DNA of 62,857 nucleotides, filler included. It is 6 parts of 6 records of this genome, joined end to end, with 100 filler letters (N's around TTAATTAATTAA, not from the genome) between each part and the next. Parts side by side here need not be neighbours in the genome. Positions count along the whole stretch, not along the records: positions 1 to 19,881 come from DRR723986_3121; positions 19,982 to 29,261 come from DRR723986_3122; 4 more parts are not named here. One strand, 5' to 3'. The notes under the pieces were generated by a model that saw only the letters and a program-made list of their open reading frames with translations, was not told the origin of the DNA and made no database searches. Shown here in pieces: positions 18,354 to 27,571 of this stretch. The position numbers were made by a program, and so were the translations under genes. The first letter of the stretch is position 1, and each line of letters begins with the position of its first letter.

Positions 18354-18935
18354 CTAAGCAACCATACCTGCAATATGCCTCCAGCTTTCAGCATAGTCAT
18401 CAGAACCAACCTCAAGCGCCAACTCTATTATAGCGCTTGTTGGATTATCTGTTTCCTCAACTACAATTTTGTCTAAGGCACTTGCCAAAACAATAAAATT
18501 TTCAAATGTACTTGCTAAAGGCCTCACACGGGCACCCGGCGCAGTGGTAATATCTACAAAATAAACAGAACCGTCGCCATGATAAGGGCTCGCTTTTGCA
18601 ATCCCAATAACGTCTGCTTCAAATGAAGCTACGTTAACTAAATTGTCGGGAAGTAACGGATTTTGAAATTGTCCGTTTAGCTCTCTCAGTGAATCGAGAA
18701 CACTAACATTGTCTCCTGGACACAAATCAAAAAAACCTAATGAAACCCCCTCGACTTGGTACTGACTAACAAAATCAGTATAACTCCTAGATAAACCTAA
18801 ACCTCTTACAACTTGGTCTAACCCCACTAGTGGATTGACTCTTTCCTTTAAAATGGCTCCACCAAAGGATCTGATTTCTTGCTCTCTGCTGGAATAGTAT
18901 TCCAATGCTTCAGTAATTGTTTTGACCATAGGCAT
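18354..18935 (-). CDS. SUKH-like putative immunity protein
   Basis: LSRSYTDFV...GSVYFVD...RPLASTFENFI pattern typical of SMI1/KNR4-fold proteins; very AT-rich; start approximate. Confidence 0.6.
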   Translation of the reverse strand: MPMVKTITEALEYYSSREQEIRSFGGAILKERVNPLVGLDQVVRGLGLSRSYTDFVSQYQVEGVSLGFFDLCPGDNVSVLDSLRELNGQFQNPLLPDNLVNVASFEADVIGIAKASPYHGDGSVYFVDITTAPGARVRPLASTFENFIVLASALDKIVVEETDNPTSAIIELALEVGSDDYAESWRHIAGMVA

Positions 18936-19199
18936 CAATCTTGGAGATAGGCAAAAAGGTAACTTCGTGGGAATTGCGTTAGGAGCCACGCGAGAAAAAC
19001 ACTGAAATTATCTTTTAGTTCATATTATTTACAAGCTACTTTCAGCCTGACAAAATCAGCGCTCTCCAGAATAATTGCAATTACTTTTTTCAACCCAAGA
19101 CAGCTTCCGATAACAATGCGACCCCTAACTTAAGTCTTATGCTTAAATAAATTAATCAACTAAAACTAATTTTATGCAAATTAATAAACTAACCTCAGC

Positions 19200-19664
19200 C
19201 TAAACATCGTGAGTTTCGGGTTTATATCCCTGCTCAATTCTATCAATTAGAAGCGGTGCACTTATTATTCCGCGAAGTGAATATCGCAATTCAGAAGCTG
19301 TCAATTCTCGATCAAGCATCACTTCGTGTTCGCCGTCCCAAATCCACCAAGGCCCACATTGTCCGTCTGGCGCGACAACCCGCGTTCTAAATCTGGGAAA
19401 CTCGTAGTTGCAGTCCGAGACTGGGACATTCGCAACAATGGATAGCAAACCTTCATCTAAAGCAGCCTGAAGAGGAAAAAACGCATGAAATTGAGGTCTT
19501 CCTCGAACTAACTCGGAATAATCCTTGGGCGAAGTTGCATAAAACCCCTCAAATATCGACAAAAGAGAACCAAATCTTTGATTTTTATGTGTAAACTGAG
19601 CGTACACGACCCCCTTTGAAGTTAGAATCTGGACTACATCTCCAATTTTAGCCCGTTTTGCCAT
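19200..19664 (-). CDS. Putative immunity protein (Imm26-like)
   Basis: N-terminal KIGDVVQI..KGVVYAQ and WWIWDG pattern resemble Imm26-type proteins; family call from recall only. Confidence 0.55.
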   Translation of the reverse strand: MAKRAKIGDVVQILTSKGVVYAQFTHKNQRFGSLLSIFEGFYATSPKDYSELVRGRPQFHAFFPLQAALDEGLLSIVANVPVSDCNYEFPRFRTRVVAPDGQCGPWWIWDGEHEVMLDRELTASELRYSLRGIISAPLLIDRIEQGYKPETHDV

Positions 19665-19880
19665 TTAAAATCCTGGATACCTTTGCTGCCTCAAAAGCTC
19701 TGCACCACGAACTAGTGCTTGCTCGTAATTTGTCGTTTTATTGACTTTGGAAATTGAGTTGATTTTGTTGATGAGAGAACCGCCATTTTTGCTTAAGCAG
19801 TAGAGGTTGATGAGAACTTGCTCAACAGCCGCTTCCCGGTCCGCTTCTGCACGCAGGGCTTCGGCGCGGGCCGTGTCGCC
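19665..19880 (-). CDS. 3' end of an unknown ORF (candidate toxin tip), truncated by the contig end
   Basis: Open frame GDTARAEALRAEADREAAVEQVLINLYCLSKNGGSLINKINSISKVNKTTNYEQALVRGAELLRQQRYPGF*, with its TAA abutting the next ATG (TAAATG). Confidence 0.45.
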   Translation of the reverse strand, partial: GDTARAEALRAEADREAAVEQVLINLYCLSKNGGSLINKINSISKVNKTTNYEQALVRGAELLRQQRYPGF

Positions 19881-19881
19881 T

Positions 19882-19981
19882 NNNNNNNNNNNNNNNNNNN
19901 NNNNNNNNNNNNNNNNNNNNNNNNNTTAATTAATTAANNNNNNNNNNNNNNNNNNNNNNNNNNNNNNNNNNNNNNNNNNNN
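19882..19981. other. Artificial contig linker
   Basis: N44-TTAATTAATTAA-N44, with stop codons in all six frames. Confidence 0.98.
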
Positions 19982-20353
19982 CCCAACCGCCACGGCATCA
20001 ACAACGCCTTCTTGCCGATGGCAATGGGCGCAGGCATGACCTCTGCGATCATGAACCCTGTTGGCCTGCCGGTGAACGCCAAGAAGATCGAAGAGAAAAA
20101 GGCCGAACTGGCCGCGCTCGGTGTGGTTCTGCCCGAAGGCATGGACGATGAAACCTTTGTGCAGCTCTTTGGCATGGGGTCCACCCTGCCGCGTGCGGGC
20201 AAGGAAATGGAAGCGATCCGCGCCGCCAACTTCTTGTTCGACCGTGACCCTCATGGCGGAGCCTGGATCGAGTTCAACAAAGTTGCGCCCAAAGCCGGTC
20301 AGGAAGGCCGCGGCCGCGCGGGCCGTACTGGTGGCCGTCGCCGCCGCGCTTGA
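19982..20353 (+). CDS. Methyltetrahydrofolate:cobalamin methyltransferase (split MetH pterin-binding subunit), 3' part
   Basis: PNRHGINNAFLPMAMGAGMTSAIMNP...AIRAANFL and Arg-rich tail typical of the roseobacter split methionine synthase. Confidence 0.75.
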   Translation, partial: PNRHGINNAFLPMAMGAGMTSAIMNPVGLPVNAKKIEEKKAELAALGVVLPEGMDDETFVQLFGMGSTLPRAGKEMEAIRAANFLFDRDPHGGAWIEFNKVAPKAGQEGRGRAGRTGGRRRRA

Positions 20354-20372
20354 TCGGGTTGAAATGATTACG

Positions 20373-20404
20373 AAGGGCCCTCTGTTTTTGCAGGGGGCCT
20401 TTTT
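20373..20404 (+). terminator. Rho-independent terminator
   Basis: GGCCCTCTG/CAGGGGGCC stem followed by TTTTT, between convergent genes. Confidence 0.75.
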
Positions 20405-20410
20405 CGTGAC

Positions 20411-21625
20411 TTATGCTGCCTCACCTGCCAGCGCCGCAAAACTGCTGACCCGCCGCAAGCCGCTGATCAGACATACGGCAAAGGACAGGGCAAACGCCGC
20501 AAGCGCCAATGCCAATCCAATCTGCGGCCCCAATGTGCCGACCACCGTCCCCGCCACCAACGCTCCGACCGGCCGCACACCATAGATCGCCGTCTGGATC
20601 ACCGCGTTGATCCGGCCCAACATCTGCGGCGGTGTCACCACCTGCCGCAATGAGTTTTGCGCAATCAGCCACATCGCAGGTCCAAACCCGACAAAGAAGA
20701 ACGCGATATAGAGTGGCACGATGGCCTGCGCCTGCGCGGCGAAATAGACCGCGATCATGGCAAGCGCAGAACTGCCCGGACCAAACAGCAGCACACTGTT
20801 CGGGCGTACCCATGCGCCGATCCGGCGGATGGTCCATGTGCCCAGAAACCCGCCCAAGCCAAAGAAGGCCATCGCAATCCCGAAGGTTCCGGCAGGTGCC
20901 TCAAAAAGCGTTTGGACGGCTGGAACCATTGCCACCAAAAGAGCGGCAAAAGCAAAGTTCCAGAAGATCGCACAAAGCGCCACCGACAACAGCAGGGAAT
21001 GCCCGGCAACAAAGTGAACACCGTCGCGCAATTGTCTGATAAGGCTCAGGTGTTCTCTTCGTTGCTGGGCTTTGAAAAAGGGCAAACCGCGCAGCTGTCG
21101 CATCCCCCAGATCAGGACCAGAACCGCCAGCGGAAACAGCCAAAGCGCGCTATCGCCTGTTGCAATCACTCCCACCGCCAGCGGCACCAAAAAGGCGTTG
21201 AACGCGCGCGGCAATTCAATCCGCGCATTGGCAGCGGCCAGCGCGGAAACCGGCTCTGCGCGTGGTAAAATCGACAAAGCAGACAGGCCAAACAGGACAA
21301 CGCCAAATCCGGCCAAAGTGATGGAGGCGCCAAACAGCAGCAACGTTTCAAACGCAATGCCCACCGCAGCGCCCGCCGCTCCAACCACGGAAATCCCTAC
21401 CGAAACCAGCGCCAAACGGCGCAGGTCATGGCGATCCACCAACACGCCAAAAGGCAAAGAGCCCAACAAATGCGCCAAAGACTGGCACGCCACGAGCAAA
21501 CCAATGGTCTGTGCAGTGGCGTCAAACACCAAGGCGGCCAGAATTGGCAGGGCGACCAGTGCCATTTGGTCTGCAAAATGCATGGCAGCAGCCGCGCGGG
21601 TTAAAGTGGTCACAGCGGTTTTCAT
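20411..21625 (-). CDS. MFS transporter
   Basis: About 12 hydrophobic segments; GVLVDRHDLRR motif A; RQVVTPPQMLGRINA. Confidence 0.88.
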   Translation of the reverse strand: MKTAVTTLTRAAAAMHFADQMALVALPILAALVFDATAQTIGLLVACQSLAHLLGSLPFGVLVDRHDLRRLALVSVGISVVGAAGAAVGIAFETLLLFGASITLAGFGVVLFGLSALSILPRAEPVSALAAANARIELPRAFNAFLVPLAVGVIATGDSALWLFPLAVLVLIWGMRQLRGLPFFKAQQRREHLSLIRQLRDGVHFVAGHSLLLSVALCAIFWNFAFAALLVAMVPAVQTLFEAPAGTFGIAMAFFGLGGFLGTWTIRRIGAWVRPNSVLLFGPGSSALAMIAVYFAAQAQAIVPLYIAFFFVGFGPAMWLIAQNSLRQVVTPPQMLGRINAVIQTAIYGVRPVGALVAGTVVGTLGPQIGLALALAAFALSFAVCLISGLRRVSSFAALAGEAA

Positions 21626-21751
21626 AAATCGTCCTCAGATATTCCTGATCCGACCTTATGTGGCCTTGGCCGTGTGGCCGATCCGAATGATGCGCATTGG
21701 CTGCCATCCAATCCCACCTGCGTGAATGAAATCTGCGAAACCGCAAAACCG

Positions 21752-21767
21752 GTAACCCGGTATTAAC
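21752..21767 (+). promoter_or_regulatory. CtrA-like box upstream of the che operon
   Basis: GTAA-CCCGGTA-TTAAC, one mismatch to TTAA-N7-TTAAC. Confidence 0.45.
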
Positions 21768-21855
21768 GCACCGCCCTCTAGAAGGTTCTGACCCGACCCC
21801 AAAGTGGAGCGTTCTTTTATGTATATTGCAGTGTCAATTTGTGACCCGGTGCACT

Positions 21856-22131
21856 GTGACTGAACCGCTTTGCCCCGATGGAAAACTCGATGTCACAGCG
21901 GCGCCTGGACTTCATGCTTCGCTTTTGGGCTGCGACGGACGGGATGTGCAGGTGGATATGACCAGCGTCACGTCTATTGGCGCATTGTGCCTGCAAACGC
22001 TCATCGCGGCCGCGCGCAGTGCGCGGGATAGCAACCATGATTTTCAGATATCAAACACCAGTGATCAGGTTCTGGCTCAAATGGCCGCCATGGGCATGAC
22101 GCCCGAACTGATTGTGGAGGGATGCGCATGA
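21856..22131 (+). CDS. STAS-domain protein (che operon first gene)
   Basis: GKLDVTAA..VQVDMTSVTSIGALCLQTL; overlaps the cheY start (ATGA). Confidence 0.75.
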   Translation: MTEPLCPDGKLDVTAAPGLHASLLGCDGRDVQVDMTSVTSIGALCLQTLIAAARSARDSNHDFQISNTSDQVLAQMAAMGMTPELIVEGCA

Positions 22132-22493
22132 CCCTTGAAATTCTCGCCGTGGACGACAGCCGCACGATGCGCGACATGATCCGCCTGGCCCTGCTGCCCT
22201 CTGGATTTACTGTTCATACCGCCGATGACGGTGTGCACGGTGTCGAGGTCTTGGATGGTATCACCCCTGACGCGATCATCACCGACATCAACATGCCGCG
22301 CATGGACGGCTTTGGGTTTATTGATGCTGTGCGCGGGCAGGAAAAACACCGTTCCACCCCCATTCTGGTGCTCACAACAGAGGCCGCCCCGGAATTGAAG
22401 CAACGCGCTCGCGTGGCAGGTGCAACCGGTTGGATTGTCAAACCCTTTGACCCTGTAAAACTGGTCAAAGCGCTGCAAATGGTTGCGGGATAG
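22128..22493 (+). CDS. cheY: Chemotaxis response regulator CheY
   Basis: VDDS, TDINMP, LTTE and GATGWIVKPF; directly upstream of cheA. Confidence 0.9.
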   Translation: MTLEILAVDDSRTMRDMIRLALLPSGFTVHTADDGVHGVEVLDGITPDAIITDINMPRMDGFGFIDAVRGQEKHRSTPILVLTTEAAPELKQRARVAGATGWIVKPFDPVKLVKALQMVAG

Positions 22494-22502
22494 GAGGCAG
22501 GG

Positions 22503-24713
22503 ATGACCGTAGATAACGACCCAATGGCCGAAATCCGCGCCTCCTTCTTTATTGAAAGCGAGGAATTGCTTGAGGCGCTGCAAGATGGCCTGCAACTGAT
22601 GGATGACGGCGCTGCAGACAACGAGACCATCAATGTTGTGTTCCGCGCGGTGCATTCGATCAAAGGTGGCGCGGGCGCATTCGGCCTCGAAGGTCTGGTG
22701 CATTTTGCCCACCGCTACGAAACGGTACTGGATGAAGTCCGTGCAGGCCGGTTGCAGGTCGAAACCGAGGCCCTCAAAGTCTTCTTTCAGGCCGCTGATC
22801 ACCTCTCCGATCTGGTCCGCATCAGCCGGGACAATGACCCGCTGCCCGATGAAGAAACCGAAGTTCTGTTGAAGGCTCTTGATGCCTTCCTTGGCGACAC
22901 TGGCCCTGTGTCCGGCACCGCCGAAGAGGAGATTGAGTTTCAACCCATGGGCCTGTCCCTTGATCTGGATTTAGCAGGTGGCGATACCGCAGACCTGCCT
23001 GATCTGGACGCCTTGCCACCACTCGATCTTGGCCCTGTGACAACGACCTATGAGATCACCTTTGCGCCGCAGGCCGACCTGTTTGACACAGGCAATGAAC
23101 CTGCGACGCTGCTGCGCAATCTACAGCAGCTTGGCACCGCCAAAATCACATGTGACAGCAGCCGACTCCCTCCTCTTGATCAACTGCGCCCTGATGTTCC
23201 CCACCTCAGCTGGACAGTGATCCTTCAGACCGATGTCGAAGAAAGCGAAATCGTCTCGATCTTTGAATTCGTAGAGGGGCTGTGCCAACTCGACATCAAA
23301 AAACAGGGCGAGCCAGATAGCAGCGACCTACCGCCTCTTCCAGATCCACCCCCGGTTGAGCCCAGACTGGCTGAACACCCAGAAACATCGCCGCAGACCC
23401 CGATTGAGGTCACGCCGGCCCCACCAGCACCTGCTGACGATCCCGTTTCTACAGTCGCCGCACCTGCTCAACCCGCCCAAACCACGGCACCTACCGCTGC
23501 AAAATCAGTGGTGCGAGTCGATCTGGACCGCATTGAACGGCTGGTGAACCTGGTTGGGGAATTGGTGATCAATCAAGCCATGCTCAGCCAAAGTCTCGAA
23601 CATTCGGGTTTGTCACCCCATTCGGACGCGATGAGCGGTCTGGAAGAATTTCAGCGTCTCACCCGCGATATTCAAGACAGCGTCATGATGATCCGTGCGC
23701 AACCGGTCAAATCCCTTTTCCAACGCATGTCCCGGATTGTCCGCGAAGCCTCGGCCGCCGTTGAAAAAGACGTAAGGCTGGTCACTACAGGTGAGGCAAC
23801 CGAAGTCGACAAAACCGTGATCGAAAGACTGGCTGATCCCTTGACCCATATGATCCGCAACGCGGTCGATCATGGCCTTGAAACCAAAGAGGAACGACTG
23901 GCCGCGGGCAAACCGGCCCAAGGTAAAGTCAATCTCAGCGCCGCCCATCGCTCCGGGCGTGTCGTGATCGAGATCGCCGACGATGGCGCGGGCATTGATC
24001 GGCCCAAAGTGCTGCAACTCGCCATCGACAAGGGGCTTATCCCGCCGGACAGCAACCTCAGCGACAGTGAAATTGACAACCTTCTGTTTTTACCCGGATT
24101 TTCCACCGCTGCCACGGTATCAAACCTGTCCGGTCGCGGGGTTGGCATGGATGTCGTGCGGACCTCTATTCAGGCGTTGGGCGGGCGCATAACGACAACC
24201 TCCCTGCCCGGCCAAGGCACGACATTCTCTATCTCCCTGCCGCTGACGCTCGCCGTTCTGGACGGGATGGTCATTGAAGTGGCCGAAGAAACCCTGGTTC
24301 TGCCGCTCAACCTGGTGATCGAGACATTGACGTTGCAGCGCGGAGATGTGGAAATGGTGCGTCCCGGCCGCAACGTGGTGCGCGTGCGCAGTGGTTTTGT
24401 GCCGCTGTTTGATCTGGGCGCGGCGCTTGGCTACCGCCCCCCCCTGGACGATTTTGAGGGCTCCGTTGTGTTGTTGATTGCCAACGAAGATGAAACCAAC
24501 GCCGCGCTTTTGATAGATAACATCCTTGATCAACGGCAGGTGGTGATCAAAGGTCTGGACGAGAGCTTTTACCGCGCACCGGGCATTGCCGCGGCGACCA
24601 TCCTTGGTGACGGCCAAATTGCACTGATCCTCGACCCTTCTGACATCATCAGCACGGCCATCCCCAAACCCGGTTTGTCGCAAACCAGCTCAGACGCAGG
24701 AGTTCCAGCATGA
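22503..24713 (+). CDS. cheA: Chemotaxis histidine kinase CheA
   Basis: Hpt HSIKGG, LVGELVI, HMIRNAVDHG, SGRGVGMDVV and C-terminal CheW-like domain. Confidence 0.96.
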   Translation: MTVDNDPMAEIRASFFIESEELLEALQDGLQLMDDGAADNETINVVFRAVHSIKGGAGAFGLEGLVHFAHRYETVLDEVRAGRLQVETEALKVFFQAADHLSDLVRISRDNDPLPDEETEVLLKALDAFLGDTGPVSGTAEEEIEFQPMGLSLDLDLAGGDTADLPDLDALPPLDLGPVTTTYEITFAPQADLFDTGNEPATLLRNLQQLGTAKITCDSSRLPPLDQLRPDVPHLSWTVILQTDVEESEIVSIFEFVEGLCQLDIKKQGEPDSSDLPPLPDPPPVEPRLAEHPETSPQTPIEVTPAPPAPADDPVSTVAAPAQPAQTTAPTAAKSVVRVDLDRIERLVNLVGELVINQAMLSQSLEHSGLSPHSDAMSGLEEFQRLTRDIQDSVMMIRAQPVKSLFQRMSRIVREASAAVEKDVRLVTTGEATEVDKTVIERLADPLTHMIRNAVDHGLETKEERLAAGKPAQGKVNLSAAHRSGRVVIEIADDGAGIDRPKVLQLAIDKGLIPPDSNLSDSEIDNLLFLPGFSTAATVSNLSGRGVGMDVVRTSIQALGGRITTTSLPGQGTTFSISLPLTLAVLDGMVIEVAEETLVLPLNLVIETLTLQRGDVEMVRPGRNVVRVRSGFVPLFDLGAALGYRPPLDDFEGSVVLLIANEDETNAALLIDNILDQRQVVIKGLDESFYRAPGIAAATILGDGQIALILDPSDIISTAIPKPGLSQTSSDAGVPA

Positions 24714-25168
24714 CCGATACACAAAGCCCTCAATCTATTGAGCTTTTGACATTTCAACTGGCTGATCAGGAATATTCCCTTGATATCATGTCTGTCAGAG
24801 AGATCCGCGGCTGGACCCGTGCAACCCCGCTGCCACATGCACCGAAGTTCATGAAGGGGGTGATCAATCTGCGCGGCACCGTTCTTCCGGTTATGGATCT
24901 TGCACAACGGCTCGGCCTCGCGGCCCGTGAACAGAACGACCGCAACGTGATCATTGTGGTCAAGCATGAAGAGACCATGACCGGCCTTCTGGTGGATGCG
25001 GTTTCCGATATCATCGCGCTCACCTCGGATGATTTGCAGCCGCCGCCTGAATTGTCATCGGGTACCGCCAATGGAGTTGTGAATGCATTGACCCTGATTG
25101 ACGACCGGATGATCCGCGTATTGGACCTCGCCGCGACCATCAACGACACCGAGAGTGCAGCGGCATGA
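24710..25168 (+). CDS. cheW: Chemotaxis protein CheW
   Basis: VREIRG, GVINLRG and GLLVDAV. Confidence 0.95.
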   Translation: MTDTQSPQSIELLTFQLADQEYSLDIMSVREIRGWTRATPLPHAPKFMKGVINLRGTVLPVMDLAQRLGLAAREQNDRNVIIVVKHEETMTGLLVDAVSDIIALTSDDLQPPPELSSGTANGVVNALTLIDDRMIRVLDLAATINDTESAAA

Positions 25169-26016
25169 TCGCTTTGGCCCATAGCGAAGTTGCGCTTGAC
25201 CCGGACAGTTTTCGTTCAATCGCTGACTTGGCATATCAGGAAAGTGGGTTGACCCTCGTCGAAGAAAAGACCTCGATGATCCAGTCTCGCTTGCGTCACC
25301 GGTTGCGCGCCCTCAAACTGGCCGATTTTGCCGCCTATTGCGCTGTTCTAAAGTCCGATGCTGGTCGATCGGAACGGCGGCATTTGATTTCAGCATTGAC
25401 CACCAATGTTTCGCATTTTTTCAGAGAAGCACATCATTTTGATCAATTGGCTGACCTGTTCGATTCCCGCGCCGCAGCCCTGCGCGCCGGGGGGCGGATG
25501 CGCATTTGGTCGGCTGGGTGCTCAAACGGGCAAGAGGCCCTGTCTGCCGCGATCACCCTCGCAGAGCGGGCGCCGGATCTGCCAAAACTTGATCTGAAAA
25601 TCCTGGCGACAGACATTGATCAGAATGTGGTCCAATTTGCGCGGGACGCACAATACCCACAGCGGTTCATGCGCGGGGTGACGACTGAATTGCGCAGCAA
25701 ATATTTTACCGTCACGACTGAAGAGAATGGCGAGAAACTCTATTCCGTGGCCCCAACAACGCGCCAATTGATTCAATTCAATGCCCTTAATTTACTGGGT
25801 CAATGGCCCATCCGCACCAAGTTTGACGTGGTCTTCTGCAGGAACGTGGTGATCTACTTTGACGCGGAGACGCAAGAGCAGCTTTGGCCCAGATTTCTCG
25901 ACGTGTTGCATCCAGATGGCCTTTTGTTTCTTGGCCATTCTGAACGGATCGCAGAGCCGGAAAAGTTTGGATTTGAATGCATTGGTCCGACAACCTATCG
26001 GCCATTACCGCAGTGA
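25165..26016 (+). CDS. cheR: Chemotaxis methyltransferase CheR
   Basis: LTTNVSHFFRE, WSAGCSNGQE, ATDID, FCRNVVIYF and GHSE. Confidence 0.95.
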   Translation: MIALAHSEVALDPDSFRSIADLAYQESGLTLVEEKTSMIQSRLRHRLRALKLADFAAYCAVLKSDAGRSERRHLISALTTNVSHFFREAHHFDQLADLFDSRAAALRAGGRMRIWSAGCSNGQEALSAAITLAERAPDLPKLDLKILATDIDQNVVQFARDAQYPQRFMRGVTTELRSKYFTVTTEENGEKLYSVAPTTRQLIQFNALNLLGQWPIRTKFDVVFCRNVVIYFDAETQEQLWPRFLDVLHPDGLLFLGHSERIAEPEKFGFECIGPTTYRPLPQ

Positions 26017-26058
26017 AACACCGCCCGGCTGGGTAACGATTGAACAAGGAATAGACTT

Positions 26059-26445
26059 ATGGCGCTGCGCGACCAGATCCGCATCATGGTGGTAGACGAT
26101 ATGTCAACCAGCAGAGGTCTCATCACCCAGGCGCTCGATGGTTTTGGGGTGCGCAATGTGGCAACTGCAGAGAACGGCAAACAGGCATTGCATGCGCTGG
26201 CCAGCAAGCCTGCGCATTTGGTGATTTCAGATTACAACATGCCTGAAATGGACGGGCTGCAATTGCTGCAGTACTTGCGGGCGACACCGCAGACCAAGGG
26301 TGTTGGTTTTGTGTTGATCACGGGGCGCGCCGAACAACAAATCATCGATCACGGCAAAAAATTGGGCATGAATAACTATCTCAAAAAACCGTTTCAGCCG
26401 GATGATCTGCGCAATTGCATTGAGGCGGTGGTTGGCCGATTGTGA
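26059..26445 (+). CDS. cheY: Second CheY-like response regulator
   Basis: VVDD, SDYNMP and KKPF single receiver domain within the che operon. Confidence 0.8.
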   Translation: MALRDQIRIMVVDDMSTSRGLITQALDGFGVRNVATAENGKQALHALASKPAHLVISDYNMPEMDGLQLLQYLRATPQTKGVGFVLITGRAEQQIIDHGKKLGMNNYLKKPFQPDDLRNCIEAVVGRL

Positions 26446-26834
26446 TGCCCTTTTCGCCGCCCACCTTGCCCGCAACCCAACCATTGGTCGGGATCTTGCA
26501 CCGCATGTCATCCCATCTCGATGATCTTGCGGCGCGGGTCTACCACGTAGAACACGCGATTGGCGATGAGTTCTCGACCTCTGGTCCGCAAGCTGCGGAC
26601 ACCATTCATCGGCTTCAAACCCTTGATTTGTTGCGTCAATCTCTGGAAGACCTGTCACTTATGGTCCTCTATGTCAGTCAAGATGACGGAGTGTCAGGTC
26701 AAAACATTCAGAAAATCGGTCAACTGGTGGAAAGGCTTAGCCTTGATGCGACCAAGGCGCTTCTGACACCTCAGTACTGCCCGGTGAACCGTGGCACCTT
26801 GCCGTATGAGGACGGTGAAGTTGATCTGTTCTGA
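26445..26834 (+). CDS. Hypothetical protein, rhizobial CheT-like
   Basis: LQTLDLLRQ (DxxxQ) and C-terminal GEVDLF; last gene of the che operon. Confidence 0.55.
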   Translation: MPFSPPTLPATQPLVGILHRMSSHLDDLAARVYHVEHAIGDEFSTSGPQAADTIHRLQTLDLLRQSLEDLSLMVLYVSQDDGVSGQNIQKIGQLVERLSLDATKALLTPQYCPVNRGTLPYEDGEVDLF

Positions 26835-27051
26835 CACCTAAAATACCGGCTTCCATGCGTTATTTGGAATGAAATCACCCTCCGGCGATCCAGCCAACGT
26901 GGTACTGAGGTTGGCTTTGCCGGGAATGGCCACCCCATGCATCATCTCCAACAGAAAAGCGGCGAAGGCCGACCCATCGTTGAGCAGCACAACACCAACA
27001 AACCTTTTTCTCTTCGCAGTACCGGGTTGTCGGCCCGCTTGATCGGGCCCC

Positions 27052-27570
27052 CTATAGCAATTCCAAACCGTTTCCAGAAATCTCCGGGGGTGTCGCGGCG
27101 ATCGGCTCAGGCTGGACCTCCATACGCTGCATCCGTTGGCGGACTGCCCCCGTGCAAGGCCAGAAAACCAGATTTCGGGCGCTGTCGCCGCCCAAAGACT
27201 GGGCCTGGCATTCAATATTCTCACGGGCAAGGAATTCCAATGTAAAGGTAGCGTTCGCGGCTCCAATATCAGACAGGCCGCTTACCATTTGTGCGCCACC
27301 AAAAACCTTTGCCTTCAATCGGTTACGCATTGCACCCAGTTTCAACAAGTCATTGATCAGCAGTTCCAACTCATTCACACCTGCCAGTGCCGCCTGAGTC
27401 TCGCCCGTGACGCGGCCTGCGATCAACATGTGGTTCATACCCCCAGCCCGAACCACGGGATCCCACAGGCAACAGGCAACGCAGGATCCAAGCAGGGTTG
27501 AAATGGCCACATTCGGGTCATCCGACACCAGTCTTTGCCCCTGTGTTATCACGCTTTTGACTTCGCTCAT
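27052..27570 (-). CDS. cheD: Chemoreceptor glutamine deamidase CheD
   Basis: TLLGSCVA, GGMNHM, KVFGGA and IGAAN. Confidence 0.92.
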   Translation of the reverse strand: MSEVKSVITQGQRLVSDDPNVAISTLLGSCVACCLWDPVVRAGGMNHMLIAGRVTGETQAALAGVNELELLINDLLKLGAMRNRLKAKVFGGAQMVSGLSDIGAANATFTLEFLARENIECQAQSLGGDSARNLVFWPCTGAVRQRMQRMEVQPEPIAATPPEISGNGLELL

Positions 27571-27571
27571 G

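Noticed and set aside
19926-19937. TTAATTAATTAA repeated five times in the window, as a biological repeat or CtrA site
   Set aside because: Always centred in N runs; it is an artificial all-frame-stop linker.
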